Made by a program: the position numbers and the translations under genes. A model generated the notes under the pieces. That model was given only the letters and a program-made list of their open reading frames with translations, had not been told where the DNA came from and did no database searches. A DNA stretch of 64,000 bases from Tritrichomonas foetus. Taxonomy: Eukaryota. Location of the stretch: assembly GCA_041260205.1 (NCBI GenBank), contig CM083805.1:496001-560000 (forward strand). Reading direction: 5' to 3'. Within the stretch, counting starts at the first letter, position 1, and the number at the start of each line of letters is the position of its first letter. Of the stretch, positions 44,901 to 55,917 are shown piece after piece.

Positions 44901-47900
44901 ACTAAAGGTTGACACTTTTCTGAATGAATTGCTAGAATTGTAACTAATGAAAGTAATCTTGGATATGAATTGAGATTACTTATTAAAATATCAACGAAAG
45001 AATTTAACATTTTATAATCAAAAACTAAATAGCTAACTGATACTAAATTATAAAAAGGTATTTTTGAACTAAGATTATGAATACAATAAGTAATTAAAGC
45101 CAATAATTTGGTATTTTTGAATTTCTTATATAATTCATACATTTTTGTGAGCTTTTCTTTAGTCATGCATGATAATGCAACATCGGTTTTAGAAACTGCA
45201 TGAAGAATATGCATTAAATCCCATAAATTTGATTGATTGTTGCATAAAAGGATACAAGAAAGAAGGACATCAAAACTTTCTTTGTTAAAATGAAAACGAG
45301 AAATCATTGTCATAAATTTATAAAATTGTTGAATGGTTTTTAGTTGTTTTTGCTTTGAAGGATTTGCATATGTTTTCATAAATTGTGAAAGCATATTAGC
45401 AAAATAATTCTTTTTCTGGAAGAATTTTATATTTGGTACAAAATTCTTTGTCCAATGTAAAACAATATTATAAAAGTTTTCTGATTTGGCCCACACACTA
45501 ATATTCAAAATTAATTTTTCAAACCATTTAGTTTGTAATTCTGGGTATTGAATAATATCTAAAATGGAATATAATGATAAATAAGTAGAATATTTAAGAT
45601 CTTTTGCAGCCATGAGAGATAATCGATCAACAAGATTGAAAAATGGTTGAATTTCAGGATGTTTGCTAAAAACATATGAAATAATATCTAATGCAATTTC
45701 GATTCGTTCAATATTCAAAATTCTTTCAAACAAAGATGGTTCACTAAAGAAGTCAAGAATGTGCATAACTCTATGGAATGGTGGTAATAAATTAATAGTA
45801 ATTTGATCAGAAACTTTTATAATTTTATTCGCTTCTGATTCAATATCATTTGTGGTAAATATTGGTTTAATTGGGAAAGATTTTGGAGAATCAGCTAATA
45901 AAATGACATCTTCATCAGAAGCTCGAGTCGAAAAGAATTGAAAACCATACATTTTACCATAGCATGGATGTTTCATATGTTCTGAATGGAAATCTGAACC
46001 ACCAAATCGAATTGTAACTGGACCATTGAATGTGAAAAAGTCCATTGTTGAATCCGACATTCGTTCTTTATTCAAGAAATTATAAAACTTTAATTTATCT
46101 TTACTAGGGGATGCAATAATTGTAAAATGTCCCCATTCGGATTGAAAAATGTTTCTAAATAAAAAGGTGGTACTTTTTTCTGTTTGAGTTTCATAACATG
46201 CTGAAAGTGCAGTATTTTTTAAAGATAAAGTGAATTTATTATTCGATTTATCAAAGATTTCCATTAAAATGTAATCTTGTCTATACCTTCTCATTATGAT
46301 TTCATCCATACATAAATTAAAATCAAGTGTAAATTGACTATTAATCTTTGACCAATCTACACCATTGATTTGAATGAAAGGTTTAGGTGAATCCAAAGGA
46401 ATTGTAGTTAATGTTGCTTTTTCAGACTTACCATTTAATAATAGTTTAGATACAAAGTTATAAATTGAATTATCTTGCGTTGACACTAAAAGGTTCAATA
46501 AACTATTAGCAATTGAAAAACTGGTCTTTACACAAATAATATTTTCAAGAAGTTCAAGAATTAAAGGTAGTGCTTCTTGGAGATTAAAAACAAATTCCAT
46601 TGCACGGAAATTAATGAAACAATGATCTTCATTTTTAGACAAATATTCAATCAATAAATAATCGATGAAAGCATCATGCATAGCAACACAATTTTCTTTT
46701 GAGTATCGACACAATTCAATAAATGTATTGAGTAAATTCAGATTTTTTTTCGATTTACTGTGAATAGCAAATAATAAAGTTAAAATTGAAGGGGATAAAA
46801 TGATTCCACATGAATGTGATGATAAAAATGAAACATTCATCATAGTTACGTACAATAAATCAACAATTCGTTCATCAGGTTCATCACCACAAATACTTTT
46901 TATGATTGATACCAGTAAATTAAATTGTCGTGGTGATAATTCCCAATTACAAATATTCATATTAATTAGCTGTAAAAATCTCATACTACTTAAAGTGCCT
47001 TCGATTGAAGGTGATACTTTCAAATATTCTAAAATGTTATTAAAAAGACAAGAAAAGCTTTGAACTAAGCATTGGTTATATTGTAAACCAAGAATAATTG
47101 AATCAATTGATTTTGTGAATAACTTTTTGTAATTTTCTTTACCTTCTCGTGCTTTTTTGGTACATGAAATGATTAATTGTTGGAAGAATTTTACGATTTC
47201 TGAAGCTCTCTTCCATGATATTCCATCAATAACAGTTAATGCCTTTGAAAAAGTAGATAAGATGAAATCTTCTAAACCAGGTTCATATATCATCTGTAAA
47301 TAAGAAGCTACAAACAATGGGGATGATAATAAAACATTAACAGCATCTGGTTGATTTAATAAAGCTGAAATAAATGCAAAATTCGAAGATCGAACTGGTT
47401 CTAATTTCTTTCTTGTGCTTGTTTGTAAATCCAAAATAGAATAAGCTAAAATAAATAAAACAGATTCTTGTACAAATATAGTTGGGGAGAATTTTTCGAA
47501 CTTCAACATAATTCTCAACAAATTTTCATTTAAAATAAAAGGATCTTTTTGTGACATTTCAAGTAAAACTACAACTTGGCTTGGATCTGTAATCGTGATA
47601 AAATCGAAAGTCAAATTCCTTAAATAGTTGATTCGTTGGTCAAATGATTTTGGTTGGAAAATTGTTTGATGTGGATCAAAAAGTAATGTTTGCCCTAAAA
47701 TACGTAAAATGGTGCTTACTGTATCAGGTTCTGTTAATTGGTAAGCAATTGTTAAGAAAACCGAGCAGTATTCAAAGAAATGTTCGTGATGGCTTAAATA
47801 AACGGAATATTGAGCAATAAAGTCCAAAATTACTTCGTTGTTTGATTTGGATAAGAAATTAGCCATACTTAGAGCTAATTGATAAATTTCTTCAGAAATA

Positions 47901-48961
47901 ATTCGAGGGAAATCTTTTGGTACAGAAACTTCGTTCAATAAAATTTGCGAGAATTTGAATGGTTTCCTTTTCATATATATATAATTATGTTTTGGTACAC
48001 GAGAAGTAAAATCAATATGAAATACATCATCATCATTTGTCTGAGCTTTTTCAAGATTCTCGGAATTTTCTGATGATTCTATATTTTGGTTATTTATTTC
48101 TTCACTATTTTGTTGTTGAGTTTGACGAAGTGGTTCACTTTTTGCATTTTCTGCAATGAAAGATAAAAACCTTTTGTACAATTTATGAATGAACTCCATT
48201 AAATTTCTCGAAACTTTTGCTTTTGTTGCAGTTCCAAGCACGTTGAGGCTACTCCGATTAAACGCAAGAATTGAATCGAAAAGTGGCTCAACAAGTAATG
48301 CTGGATCAACGTCATGAATGCAAGAAAAATCGCACTCCAGCATGTGGCCGATGGTGTGCTGTAACAGAATGAGTTCTGTTTCATTTCCAGTTTTTGAAAC
48401 AAGTTTGAACAAAGTTATCAAAAGTGGAAAAGCGGTTGGTGCAATTGATGTGATATTCAATAAATAATTCAAAACAATCTCATATATTTCCTGTTGATTT
48501 TTTGCAGAAAGAATCGCACTTAATACTAGTTCAAAGCAGAAGTCGTGCACAACGGTAAGACTGGATCTCTGCGCTTTGTGGAGAAGGCTGAGGACAGATT
48601 TGAAATCCTGATCGAATCCGCTGGGATAGATGAAAGTTAGAATGCAGTAGAGAAAAATAAGCAAGCATTGAATTTCCGAATATTTGTCGAGAAATGAATA
48701 TTTGGTGAATATTGATAGATCGATTGAATTTACATCATAGCCGTTCGATTGAAGCGAGATTCGAAAGTTGGAGGCTTTAACATCAGCTAGAATCGCGTCG
48801 AGTTTAACCGGATCGATCGAAGGGATTAATGCGAGTAAAGTTTGGATATTTGGATCGGATGTTTCGTGGTGTTTCTGGTGGATGGCCTGACATGCTTTGA
48901 GGAAAGATGTTATTGGTTGTACAAGATGGGAGTGGGAGCCGAAAGCAACCAGCGAGTCCAT
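41930..48961 (-). CDS. Large BEACH-domain protein (helical/ConA-like - PH - divergent BEACH - WD40)
   Basis: LTQEWVNGNLSNFDYLIKLNLFAGRSFHNLSIYP, PEYYF and LPTWA motifs; WD-like C-terminus; 2343 aa. Confidence 0.88.
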   Translation of the reverse strand: MDSLVAFGSHSHLVQPITSFLKACQAIHQKHHETSDPNIQTLLALIPSIDPVKLDAILADVKASNFRISLQSNGYDVNSIDLSIFTKYSFLDKYSEIQCLLIFLYCILTFIYPSGFDQDFKSVLSLLHKAQRSSLTVVHDFCFELVLSAILSAKNQQEIYEIVLNYLLNITSIAPTAFPLLITLFKLVSKTGNETELILLQHTIGHMLECDFSCIHDVDPALLVEPLFDSILAFNRSSLNVLGTATKAKVSRNLMEFIHKLYKRFLSFIAENAKSEPLRQTQQQNSEEINNQNIESSENSENLEKAQTNDDDVFHIDFTSRVPKHNYIYMKRKPFKFSQILLNEVSVPKDFPRIISEEIYQLALSMANFLSKSNNEVILDFIAQYSVYLSHHEHFFEYCSVFLTIAYQLTEPDTVSTILRILGQTLLFDPHQTIFQPKSFDQRINYLRNLTFDFITITDPSQVVVLLEMSQKDPFILNENLLRIMLKFEKFSPTIFVQESVLFILAYSILDLQTSTRKKLEPVRSSNFAFISALLNQPDAVNVLLSSPLFVASYLQMIYEPGLEDFILSTFSKALTVIDGISWKRASEIVKFFQQLIISCTKKAREGKENYKKLFTKSIDSIILGLQYNQCLVQSFSCLFNNILEYLKVSPSIEGTLSSMRFLQLINMNICNWELSPRQFNLLVSIIKSICGDEPDERIVDLLYVTMMNVSFLSSHSCGIILSPSILTLLFAIHSKSKKNLNLLNTFIELCRYSKENCVAMHDAFIDYLLIEYLSKNEDHCFINFRAMEFVFNLQEALPLILELLENIICVKTSFSIANSLLNLLVSTQDNSIYNFVSKLLLNGKSEKATLTTIPLDSPKPFIQINGVDWSKINSQFTLDFNLCMDEIIMRRYRQDYILMEIFDKSNNKFTLSLKNTALSACYETQTEKSTTFLFRNIFQSEWGHFTIIASPSKDKLKFYNFLNKERMSDSTMDFFTFNGPVTIRFGGSDFHSEHMKHPCYGKMYGFQFFSTRASDEDVILLADSPKSFPIKPIFTTNDIESEANKIIKVSDQITINLLPPFHRVMHILDFFSEPSLFERILNIERIEIALDIISYVFSKHPEIQPFFNLVDRLSLMAAKDLKYSTYLSLYSILDIIQYPELQTKWFEKLILNISVWAKSENFYNIVLHWTKNFVPNIKFFQKKNYFANMLSQFMKTYANPSKQKQLKTIQQFYKFMTMISRFHFNKESFDVLLSCILLCNNQSNLWDLMHILHAVSKTDVALSCMTKEKLTKMYELYKKFKNTKLLALITYCIHNLSSKIPFYNLVSVSYLVFDYKMLNSFVDILISNLNSYPRLLSLVTILAIHSEKCQPLVNAIKYNIESDKPTLLKVVNENYWFIWPIILMLNVSEDLCDILCKYIATCLTLTDGNADIEQVFTMMFRMSFFIPKYDMIVRVLHHIHSFYTNNNVEIPDSVVEYCFVFFFLHIPQTLHSIPLLNLFSNSSYHDHLLQRKSSMYFIKFNIFELEGILVRDFLEFDLQCRVSLDEDGNVADKFYYDIYQNLEAPKKPLFDKKLMQYFIDRNSLDQQTQFSMAQNLTKVLDNLKKSVIDDICTSLVKIKNDLLSLLTNAKEQTNQAKKENKKQLEKLYQIDSNDTKTVSQTISKISQNKTNTLYRANLNCASYCPFRIRKKQTKGKRLYPKLTGTPNHGSYKCLIIKQDKRKQCTFSVYNDKLVFLFNNSLTSNKLPSNTNSSPNPRPNANTPNPAANNNSSVQKPLKGNKQNNEPTGPSKKKLMNRNNQMEKYKVIPLDLIMFIFPRKFGNDNGYEFFLYNAKSYLVIFQKNEFITLTAVLKTMHFSSAEAVVFQDEPIDLSLLTQEWVNGNLSNFDYLIKLNLFAGRSFHNLSIYPALPPVIHDFNKIDSNVVPNGLTNIIIPVSPLNDQKFRESFVENLVVAPEYYFDSSVIKPASLPTWAKTKYEFVYVARKKLESLDVSWFINRLFGPNKSRDNQNLTLFTKPHPTRNPHFQQFPNFVFETGRNVSYVLTYLTSGKLAFLIIFENKNVCVTEPIEDSQKLNLKYTTKIDCDDPTLTIFSSHHKIIAYSRRQASLHYFVSPTKIVNIPLYTEHPLFALLDDTLIFCRDECLICKMVFNTKSIELLANQAQNQSPAQNHQNVQNTKSHHAGQNYIQNMHQNISKICYAESKVTAIAASSVFKTVAFATLDGFLHVHDLLTNEELSKVNFGHHITNIVITANWGFVVGSSGDRIFVLNANGENILTQEYKFIIEKLFPFSNRAGFDFVAFETSDRQVGFIEVLCPGNPTTIRKCDSPTVKVTYDNLHRTFIVSQENGHIAFVPYDVSVSL

Positions 48962-49457
48962 CTTTCTTCTTTCAAGAAGGAAATCTTAAAAAAAGATTTT
49001 CTATTTTTTCAATACTTTACAATAAAGATTAAGTGACAGAACGATAACATTGCATTGAATTGCTCAATATTTCAAAATGAATTGCATTTATATTCAAATT
49101 ATTGGAGAAAATATTGTGAGTATTTTGATTTCATTTATTCAAATGATTTCTGCAGGAATTGAGAACCATATATTCTTTAATCACATAGAATTAATGTAAA
49201 TATTGATATCTATTGATGAAACTTTTTGAATATTGTAACAATGGAATAACGATAATTTTACAAACAATTCACTATGATTTGTCAGAAATTTTGAATCGAA
49301 GTTCAAACTTTTTTCTGGGTCAGTAAAAAAAGATATTGTTTAGAAAATCACAAAAAGATCAAACAAAAATTCGCGCTTTATTAAAAACATACAAAATAAA
49401 TGTAATGGCATTAATTAAGATTAAATCAAATCAATGATTATAAAATCGGTCTAATAA

Positions 49458-52277
49458 TTACATATCGTCAATTAGATGCTCAAGAACAAGAAGCTGCTGA
49501 AGAATAACTATAATTCCTGGAATAACATTAGGGAACTTAGAAATGACATCAAGCCCACTATTCTGATTAGAAATTTCATGCCTCAAAGAAATGAATTCGT
49601 CGAGCCCAAGTTCGCGCTCCAGGAAGGCGCGCATTGCTTCGGCGCGGTACATGAGCGAGTCACTATCAGAGACGATAGGGAATTTAACTTCTTTGTTGAT
49701 TAAATCATGTGAAATTGGTCTTGTACTAGGAATTTCAAATTCATCTTCAGTATCATCAGTTTCGTTCGGTAGATTCAATACACTTTTAATTGAAGAAACT
49801 AAAGAATGAATTTGTGTGACGTGATTTTTCGCTTCAACCATTCCCATTTGGATCAAAGGTCTTGGTGCAACATTTTCATAATTATTTTCTATACTATTTT
49901 CATAGTTATTCGTTTCATTGTCAAAGTTTTCTATCTGATGTTGTTCGTTTTGGATTTGACTATTGTCGGGATCGTTTATATTGTATTCTTTCTCAAGGAG
50001 AGTTTTAAAAGAGAAATCACCACGTGATTTTGAACGTTGTCTTGGTGTTGGTCGATTACTGAGTTCGAGATCAAGTTCCATTAAAATTTTTCGATCTGAT
50101 TCGTTTTTTGCGAGATTTGGATCAAGGCCAAATTCGGCTAATCGACTTTTACTTGTTAATGATGATGATGATTGCATTGAAAATGACCTCTCAACTTTAG
50201 AAGGAGAAATTTTTGGTGATAAAATTATATTTTTGTCATTTTTATTTTCTTTGACAATACTTTGAAAATCTTTTGTTTCATTTTTACCGAAATAATAAGC
50301 ACCACTATTTAATGAAGGTAATGTTGGTGGTGATATTGAAGTTTTTGGAGTATATTTAACATTATTCAAATTACTATGATCATTTGAATTGATAGTAGCT
50401 TTTATATTGTTATTTATATCATTGTTTGTGTCATTATTTATCATGTTATCTGTGTTGGTGTTTGTGGTGCCCAGTTGAGTAAATTTAATTGTCGAATTTG
50501 ATGGTTTTGTTGGTGAGTCCATTAAAGATAATTCTTGCGCTTGTATATCGACGGTTTTCATTTCTTTTATTGTTTGCCAATTTGCCTGTGCAGCGGCTTT
50601 CTGCTCCAAAAGTTTCCTTCGTCTTTCTTCACTTGATGTCCTCGTCATTGTTGAAGAAGCTGATAATTCAGGTGGTGGAGAATTTGGCATTGAAAAAGAA
50701 TCACTTTGAATTGGACTTAAAATTCTTCGATTAGAAGCCCGATTTTCATTCATAAAAGAATTCAATATTTTAGAACGTTCGGCATATTCTTCCATAATAC
50801 CTTCAGGAGGTGGTGCCCACTCTGGCATATCGCTTACCATTCCTTTCAAAAAGGAATCATCAGTCACTTTTTTCAATTCAGCATTAAAGTCAACACCACC
50901 TAGATTATTTCGCATCTTATTATAAATTGCTCCTTGTCGTGCTTCTCTAAATTCATTATGTCTGATTCTTCCAATTGTATCTAATGAATCTGGATAATTC
51001 ACATTTTTATTGAAGTTATTTTCATTTTTATTCAAATTATTCATTTGATCAAGATTACTCTTATTTGGATGATCAATTGATGTTGCATTATTTGTATTTG
51101 CATTAATATTGTTGACATTGCTTTGGTTATTGTTGGCGTTGAATGCTGCTTTTTTCAAAATGTATTCTTGTTTAAGTCTCATCATTTCTTCTTCTTCAGC
51201 TTTTCTTTTTCTTTGTTGTTCTTCTTTTCGTCGTTTAAGAAGCTCGTCAATTTGTCTCTGTCTAAGTTCTCTGGCTTTGTCGTTTTCTTTTTGTTTAAAC
51301 AAAGCTTGATTTTTGTCCATATTAAAATATTGTTTTTCTAGTTGAATACCGCCCATTTCACTTACACTTGATTTTAAAATGACAGGTTGAGCAATTGCTT
51401 TTTTCGCAGGTGATCTATTTTTGAAGTCTTTATTATTCGAATTTGAATTATTTTTTGGATCATTTAAAAAAAGATGTAATCTTGACTTTAAAATTGGTGT
51501 ATTTAATACTCCATTAATTGACGGTCTTGCTTTTTGGTCCATTGTTAACATTCTAGAGATTAATTGCTTCAAATCAGCACTAAAAGTTGAAGAAATTGGT
51601 TCATATTTTCCCCGAATAATTTGAACGACTAACGCGCTCATATTTCTTGCATTAAAAGCATGTTTTAATGTGCATAATTCATACAAAATACAGCCGAGTG
51701 ACCAAATATCAGTTTTTGAATTATACGTTTTACCTTCACATATTTCAGGCGATAAATAATAAGGGGTGCCAATTCTTGTTTTACAGAGTTGAAAAGTGTT
51801 TTCCAAAACACGTGCAATTCCAAAATCGCCAAGTTTTACTGTTCCGTCCTTCATCAAAAAGATGTTTTGTGCTTTCAAATCACGATGCAAAATTTTTCGA
51901 TCATGAATATATTTTATTGCTAATGAAATTTGAATAAAAGTGTGTAGAATTTCGCTTTCCGTAAAAAGAGCTTTTGTTTCACTTCTGATGCGAATTTTTC
52001 CAGCTAAATCGCCGCCGTCCGCATATTCCATAACGATATAAAAATTGCCGCGTTCTTGGAAACTTTCTTCGTACTTGATAATGTAGGGGTGACTGAGTGA
52101 AGATAAAAGATTGCTTTCATTTAAGGCATCGTCGCGGTCTTTCTGCGAAAGATTTGACATTCGAATTTCTTTTAATACAAAAAAACGGCCATCTCGTTTT
52201 CGTTTGCAAAGAATAGCTTTTCCGTAAGATCCTTCGCCTAAAGTTTTGATTTCTTCATATTTATTAGCGAAAAGCAT
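49458..52277 (-). CDS. NIMA-related (NEK1-like) Ser/Thr kinase
   Basis: GEGSYG, VLKEI, YIVMEYADGGDL, HRDLKAQNIFL, KLGDFG, IGTPYYLSPE; coiled coil; NEK1-like tail (RAEAMRAFLERELGLDEF). Confidence 0.95.
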   Translation of the reverse strand: MLFANKYEEIKTLGEGSYGKAILCKRKRDGRFFVLKEIRMSNLSQKDRDDALNESNLLSSLSHPYIIKYEESFQERGNFYIVMEYADGGDLAGKIRIRSETKALFTESEILHTFIQISLAIKYIHDRKILHRDLKAQNIFLMKDGTVKLGDFGIARVLENTFQLCKTRIGTPYYLSPEICEGKTYNSKTDIWSLGCILYELCTLKHAFNARNMSALVVQIIRGKYEPISSTFSADLKQLISRMLTMDQKARPSINGVLNTPILKSRLHLFLNDPKNNSNSNNKDFKNRSPAKKAIAQPVILKSSVSEMGGIQLEKQYFNMDKNQALFKQKENDKARELRQRQIDELLKRRKEEQQRKRKAEEEEMMRLKQEYILKKAAFNANNNQSNVNNINANTNNATSIDHPNKSNLDQMNNLNKNENNFNKNVNYPDSLDTIGRIRHNEFREARQGAIYNKMRNNLGGVDFNAELKKVTDDSFLKGMVSDMPEWAPPPEGIMEEYAERSKILNSFMNENRASNRRILSPIQSDSFSMPNSPPPELSASSTMTRTSSEERRRKLLEQKAAAQANWQTIKEMKTVDIQAQELSLMDSPTKPSNSTIKFTQLGTTNTNTDNMINNDTNNDINNNIKATINSNDHSNLNNVKYTPKTSISPPTLPSLNSGAYYFGKNETKDFQSIVKENKNDKNIILSPKISPSKVERSFSMQSSSSLTSKSRLAEFGLDPNLAKNESDRKILMELDLELSNRPTPRQRSKSRGDFSFKTLLEKEYNINDPDNSQIQNEQHQIENFDNETNNYENSIENNYENVAPRPLIQMGMVEAKNHVTQIHSLVSSIKSVLNLPNETDDTEDEFEIPSTRPISHDLINKEVKFPIVSDSDSLMYRAEAMRAFLERELGLDEFISLRHEISNQNSGLDVISKFPNVIPGIIVILQQLLVLEHLIDDM

Positions 52278-53432
52278 TTGTTCAACACATCAATTTTTAT
52301 GAAATTCTTTGAGACGATAAATGTTCGCGTGCAATTTCGATTAAGAAAAAGTTAAAAAGAATTCAATCAAATCTAAAAAACATGGATGACAAACTTTTTC
52401 TGAAATTAAAGATTATAAAATACTGAAAAAGTTGAATATGATCAAACTTAAATAGGTGAATTCATTTTTAACCATGACGATAGAGATACTATTGAACCTC
52501 TTCATAATTTTTTTTCGTTCTCATATGAGTGCTCATTGACATATAGGCATTTCGATTTTTGGAAATTAGAAAGACTAAAACTCAATACATAATCTAAAAT
52601 ATTATTATAGGTGTTCTCTTTATGAGTTTTGTTGAACTCAGTCATAAAAAACTTACACAAGAACCAAAACAGTCAAAACTCAAATGGATTGATAAATTTA
52701 AAATTCATCTTTAGATTAATGAAGACGAAAAAGGCTATTTTTTATTCTAAATCTTTCCAACTGTTTGGACAAATATTTGAAGAGTTCATGACAGTTGATA
52801 TCATATACAGTTGATAATATAAAAGATCGTCCTAACAAAATAATTATGAATCATCTAATTACAGTAATAATTGGTGGGCAAAAAATATTGCACAGTAATT
52901 TATATTGTAGACGGTAACCAACAGTCAATATATGTTTTAAATGGATGACCTTGAAAACATCATTAACAATAACAAAACCAAAACTTGGGTAATTGAATAT
53001 TTGGATAGTTTCACCAATGATGCTAAGTAATTTCCATGTGAATAAAATCCAATTTCTCATATAGAAAATAAAGATGAAAACAGTTTATATATATATATAA
53101 ATATATATTCTATATATTAATTTATGTGAATAAATCCATTTAATTTATATATAGATATTTCTTTACATATTCACTTTTTATTTCGAAAATATTTATAATA
53201 TTCTATTATTTAGACCATTCGATATTGTATGTAAATGAATATTGTTGTAATTTTCACTTAAATTCAAAATACTTTTCTATGTTAAAACCAGATGTTGATC
53301 GACATTTATTTGTGAAAATATTATACTTTTTCTCATGTGAAAACATGAATAGAGATGAAATGAAGAAATACTTATTCATTTAGTAATGTTATAAAAAATA
53401 ATGTTAATACTCATTTACAACATTTAAGATTC

Positions 53433-55667
53433 TTATTCTTTCTCTCTGAGATATAAATTCCGCTTCATTACAGATTGAATGTCAACATCTGGGAATAATG
53501 AAAATTTGTTTTCTTCAATCACTTCGAGAATTCTAGAAAATGTAGGTCGATTATTTGGATCATATGAACAGCATTGATGAATTAATTCCTGAACAAAGTG
53601 TGGAAGATTTTTGGGAATAAGAAAAGATTTTCCATTCAAAATTTCCTTAATTTTGATTGATGGATAATTTCCATTTGTTAAAATAAAATATAAAGTTATT
53701 CCAAAAGAATACTGATCAATTTTTTCATTATAACTATCTTCTTCATTAATTAATTCTGGTGCCATAAACAAAATCGTTCCAACACCTTTCGTCAAAGAAT
53801 AACCTGTATCAGATTCTGTGGATATTCCAAAATCACTAATAAAAATCTGATGCTTAGAATTAATCAAAATATTACTAGGCTTAATATCTCGATGGATTAA
53901 TTTACAAGTTTCTTGAAGATAGCGAAGTCCCAGTACTAATTCTAATATCGAAATTACTTTTTCTGTATTGTTTAATTTTTTGATTTCATTTTCTAAAGTT
54001 GATGGTTTAAATGATAATAATATTGATGGATAATATTTTTTCCCAGTGTCTTCATTGATGAAACCATAATTATAGCCATATATTTTTAATATACAGGGAT
54101 GAGATAAATTTGACATAATTTCACACTCTCTCACAAATTTTTTTTGGTCAGCAAAAGTAATTGTTTTAAATACCTTCAGAGCAAATGTTTTAGTTTCTAT
54201 AAATTTATGTTTTTCATTTCTCTCGATTTTAAAAACTTTTGATGTAGCACCCTCACCAAGTTTATCTGTTTTTGTATATTTTTCAATTTCTTCATTTGTC
54301 AAAAGTAAATTATTTGGTTTCTTTCCCGCTAATATACTCTGAAATTTGGACTTCAATTTGCACAAGGTATCTTTTAGTTTTTGATTTTCTAATGAAATTA
54401 CTAGGTTATCGTTTGTTAGCGTATCTATTTTTGTAGAAAGAATGTGATTTTTCTCTGTTAAATTTTCGTTTTCGCTTTTAAGGAGAAAATTGGAATTTGA
54501 TGTTATTTTATCATTTTTAGAAAAACTCTTGACTGTTTCCTGTAATTGATTGATTTTATCTCTTAAATATGTATTTTCTAATATCAGCTCTTTTATTTTT
54601 TCCTGACTATTCAACTCTTCTTTACTACTCATTCCTTCTTTACTACTCATTCCTTCTTTACTACTCATTCCTTCTTTACTACTCATTCCTTCTTTACTAC
54701 TCATTCCTTCTTTACTACTCATTCCTTCTTTACTACTCATTCCTTCTTTACTACTCATTCCTTCTCTACTGTTCATTTCTTGATCTTTTGGTATTGTATA
54801 TACACATATTTTATTGGGAAAGTAGAGGCTTTTCAGTTTTTGAAGGCATTGGGTGTCAAGAGTTTCTGATACCATTATTTTACAATCTTTAGGAATAAAT
54901 GCAAAGGCATTGGTTATAAATGTCAAATACTTTATTTTTGGAAAATAAATTGTCCTAAGTTCATTACAACCTGAGAAGCACTGTTGACCAATATTAAGCC
55001 TTTCGGATTCACAAGTTATTTTCTGAATGGCACTTCCATTAAAGCAATATTCACCTATTGATTGAACTGATTGTGGTAAATCAATTTGTTTGAGATTTAT
55101 ACAGCGAAAAAAAGCACAATCACCAATTGAAGTAATAATAGAATTCTCTTGAAAATGTACAAAATTTGCTTTGGAATATCCAAAGGCATGATTATTAATT
55201 TTTGTGATATTATTAGGAATAACGGTTCCCATTTCTTTACGTGGATAAAAAAGGACGGAATTTGTTTTCTTATCAATTAGTAAATTATTTTTGATGTTCA
55301 TAAAATACTCGTTGTTAGCTGGAACAAAAACCGAGTTTAAATTCATTGTATAACTGCACCAATTAGCATCAAGCCTTTGAATTCGTGCAGGTAATTTTAA
55401 AACTGTGATTCCACTACAGTAAAATGCATTATGGCATATTTCGGAAACACATGAATCTGTATCAAAAGAGAGTGATCTTATGCATTTATTATCTTCAAAT
55501 GCCCTTTTACCGATCGATCTTACGCAATATTTTGTAAATCCTTTTTTGATATCAGCTGGAATAATCACATCATTTGGAGGATTTTTGGTACCAGATACAA
55601 CCGAATTGTAAATTTTCTTGTCTATTGAATAGATAATTCCATCATGAGTGACCTTCTTGTCATACAT
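53433..55667 (-). CDS. BspA-like leucine-rich repeat + coiled coil + TKL-like kinase
   Basis: TSIGDCAFFRC, LPQSVQSIGEYCF (LRR_5-type); kinase GEGATSKV, FALK, HRDIKPSN, SDFG, FMAPE. Confidence 0.9.
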   Translation of the reverse strand: MYDKKVTHDGIIYSIDKKIYNSVVSGTKNPPNDVIIPADIKKGFTKYCVRSIGKRAFEDNKCIRSLSFDTDSCVSEICHNAFYCSGITVLKLPARIQRLDANWCSYTMNLNSVFVPANNEYFMNIKNNLLIDKKTNSVLFYPRKEMGTVIPNNITKINNHAFGYSKANFVHFQENSIITSIGDCAFFRCINLKQIDLPQSVQSIGEYCFNGSAIQKITCESERLNIGQQCFSGCNELRTIYFPKIKYLTFITNAFAFIPKDCKIMVSETLDTQCLQKLKSLYFPNKICVYTIPKDQEMNSREGMSSKEGMSSKEGMSSKEGMSSKEGMSSKEGMSSKEGMSSKEGMSSKEELNSQEKIKELILENTYLRDKINQLQETVKSFSKNDKITSNSNFLLKSENENLTEKNHILSTKIDTLTNDNLVISLENQKLKDTLCKLKSKFQSILAGKKPNNLLLTNEEIEKYTKTDKLGEGATSKVFKIERNEKHKFIETKTFALKVFKTITFADQKKFVRECEIMSNLSHPCILKIYGYNYGFINEDTGKKYYPSILLSFKPSTLENEIKKLNNTEKVISILELVLGLRYLQETCKLIHRDIKPSNILINSKHQIFISDFGISTESDTGYSLTKGVGTILFMAPELINEEDSYNEKIDQYSFGITLYFILTNGNYPSIKIKEILNGKSFLIPKNLPHFVQELIHQCCSYDPNNRPTFSRILEVIEENKFSLFPDVDIQSVMKRNLYLREKE
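54618..54777. repeat. 18-bp coding VNTR, 8 perfect units plus 1 degenerate (MSSKEG)n
   Basis: ttctttactactcattcc repeated at 18-bp period from 54618 to 54761. Confidence 0.95.
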
Positions 55668-55917
55668 CAAATTTCATTGAATATTTATCTCAAAATTCAA
55701 TAGAATTGAAATTTATTCAGCTCACTTTTTCTATATCTATATGATCATAGTATAGAATTTTAAGAACTTTTTGACATAATAGTAAATGTAGAATTGTATT
55801 GATTTAGATTTTAAATAACTTTTTGAGTGAATTCAAAAAGTTCTCGATAACATGATATTAGTTAATTATTTTTTTGTTAACCATTTATGAGGTAATTTGG
55901 TTATTTTCTCTTTACAT

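Noticed and set aside
53085..53160. Palindromic-looking (TA)n-rich stretch
   Set aside because: Low-complexity AT sequence; self-complementarity is expected by chance.
54569..54892. ORF with (YYSFLL)n and CRISPR-like periodicity
   Set aside because: Antisense shadow of the 18-bp coding VNTR; there are no unique spacers, so it is not a CRISPR array.
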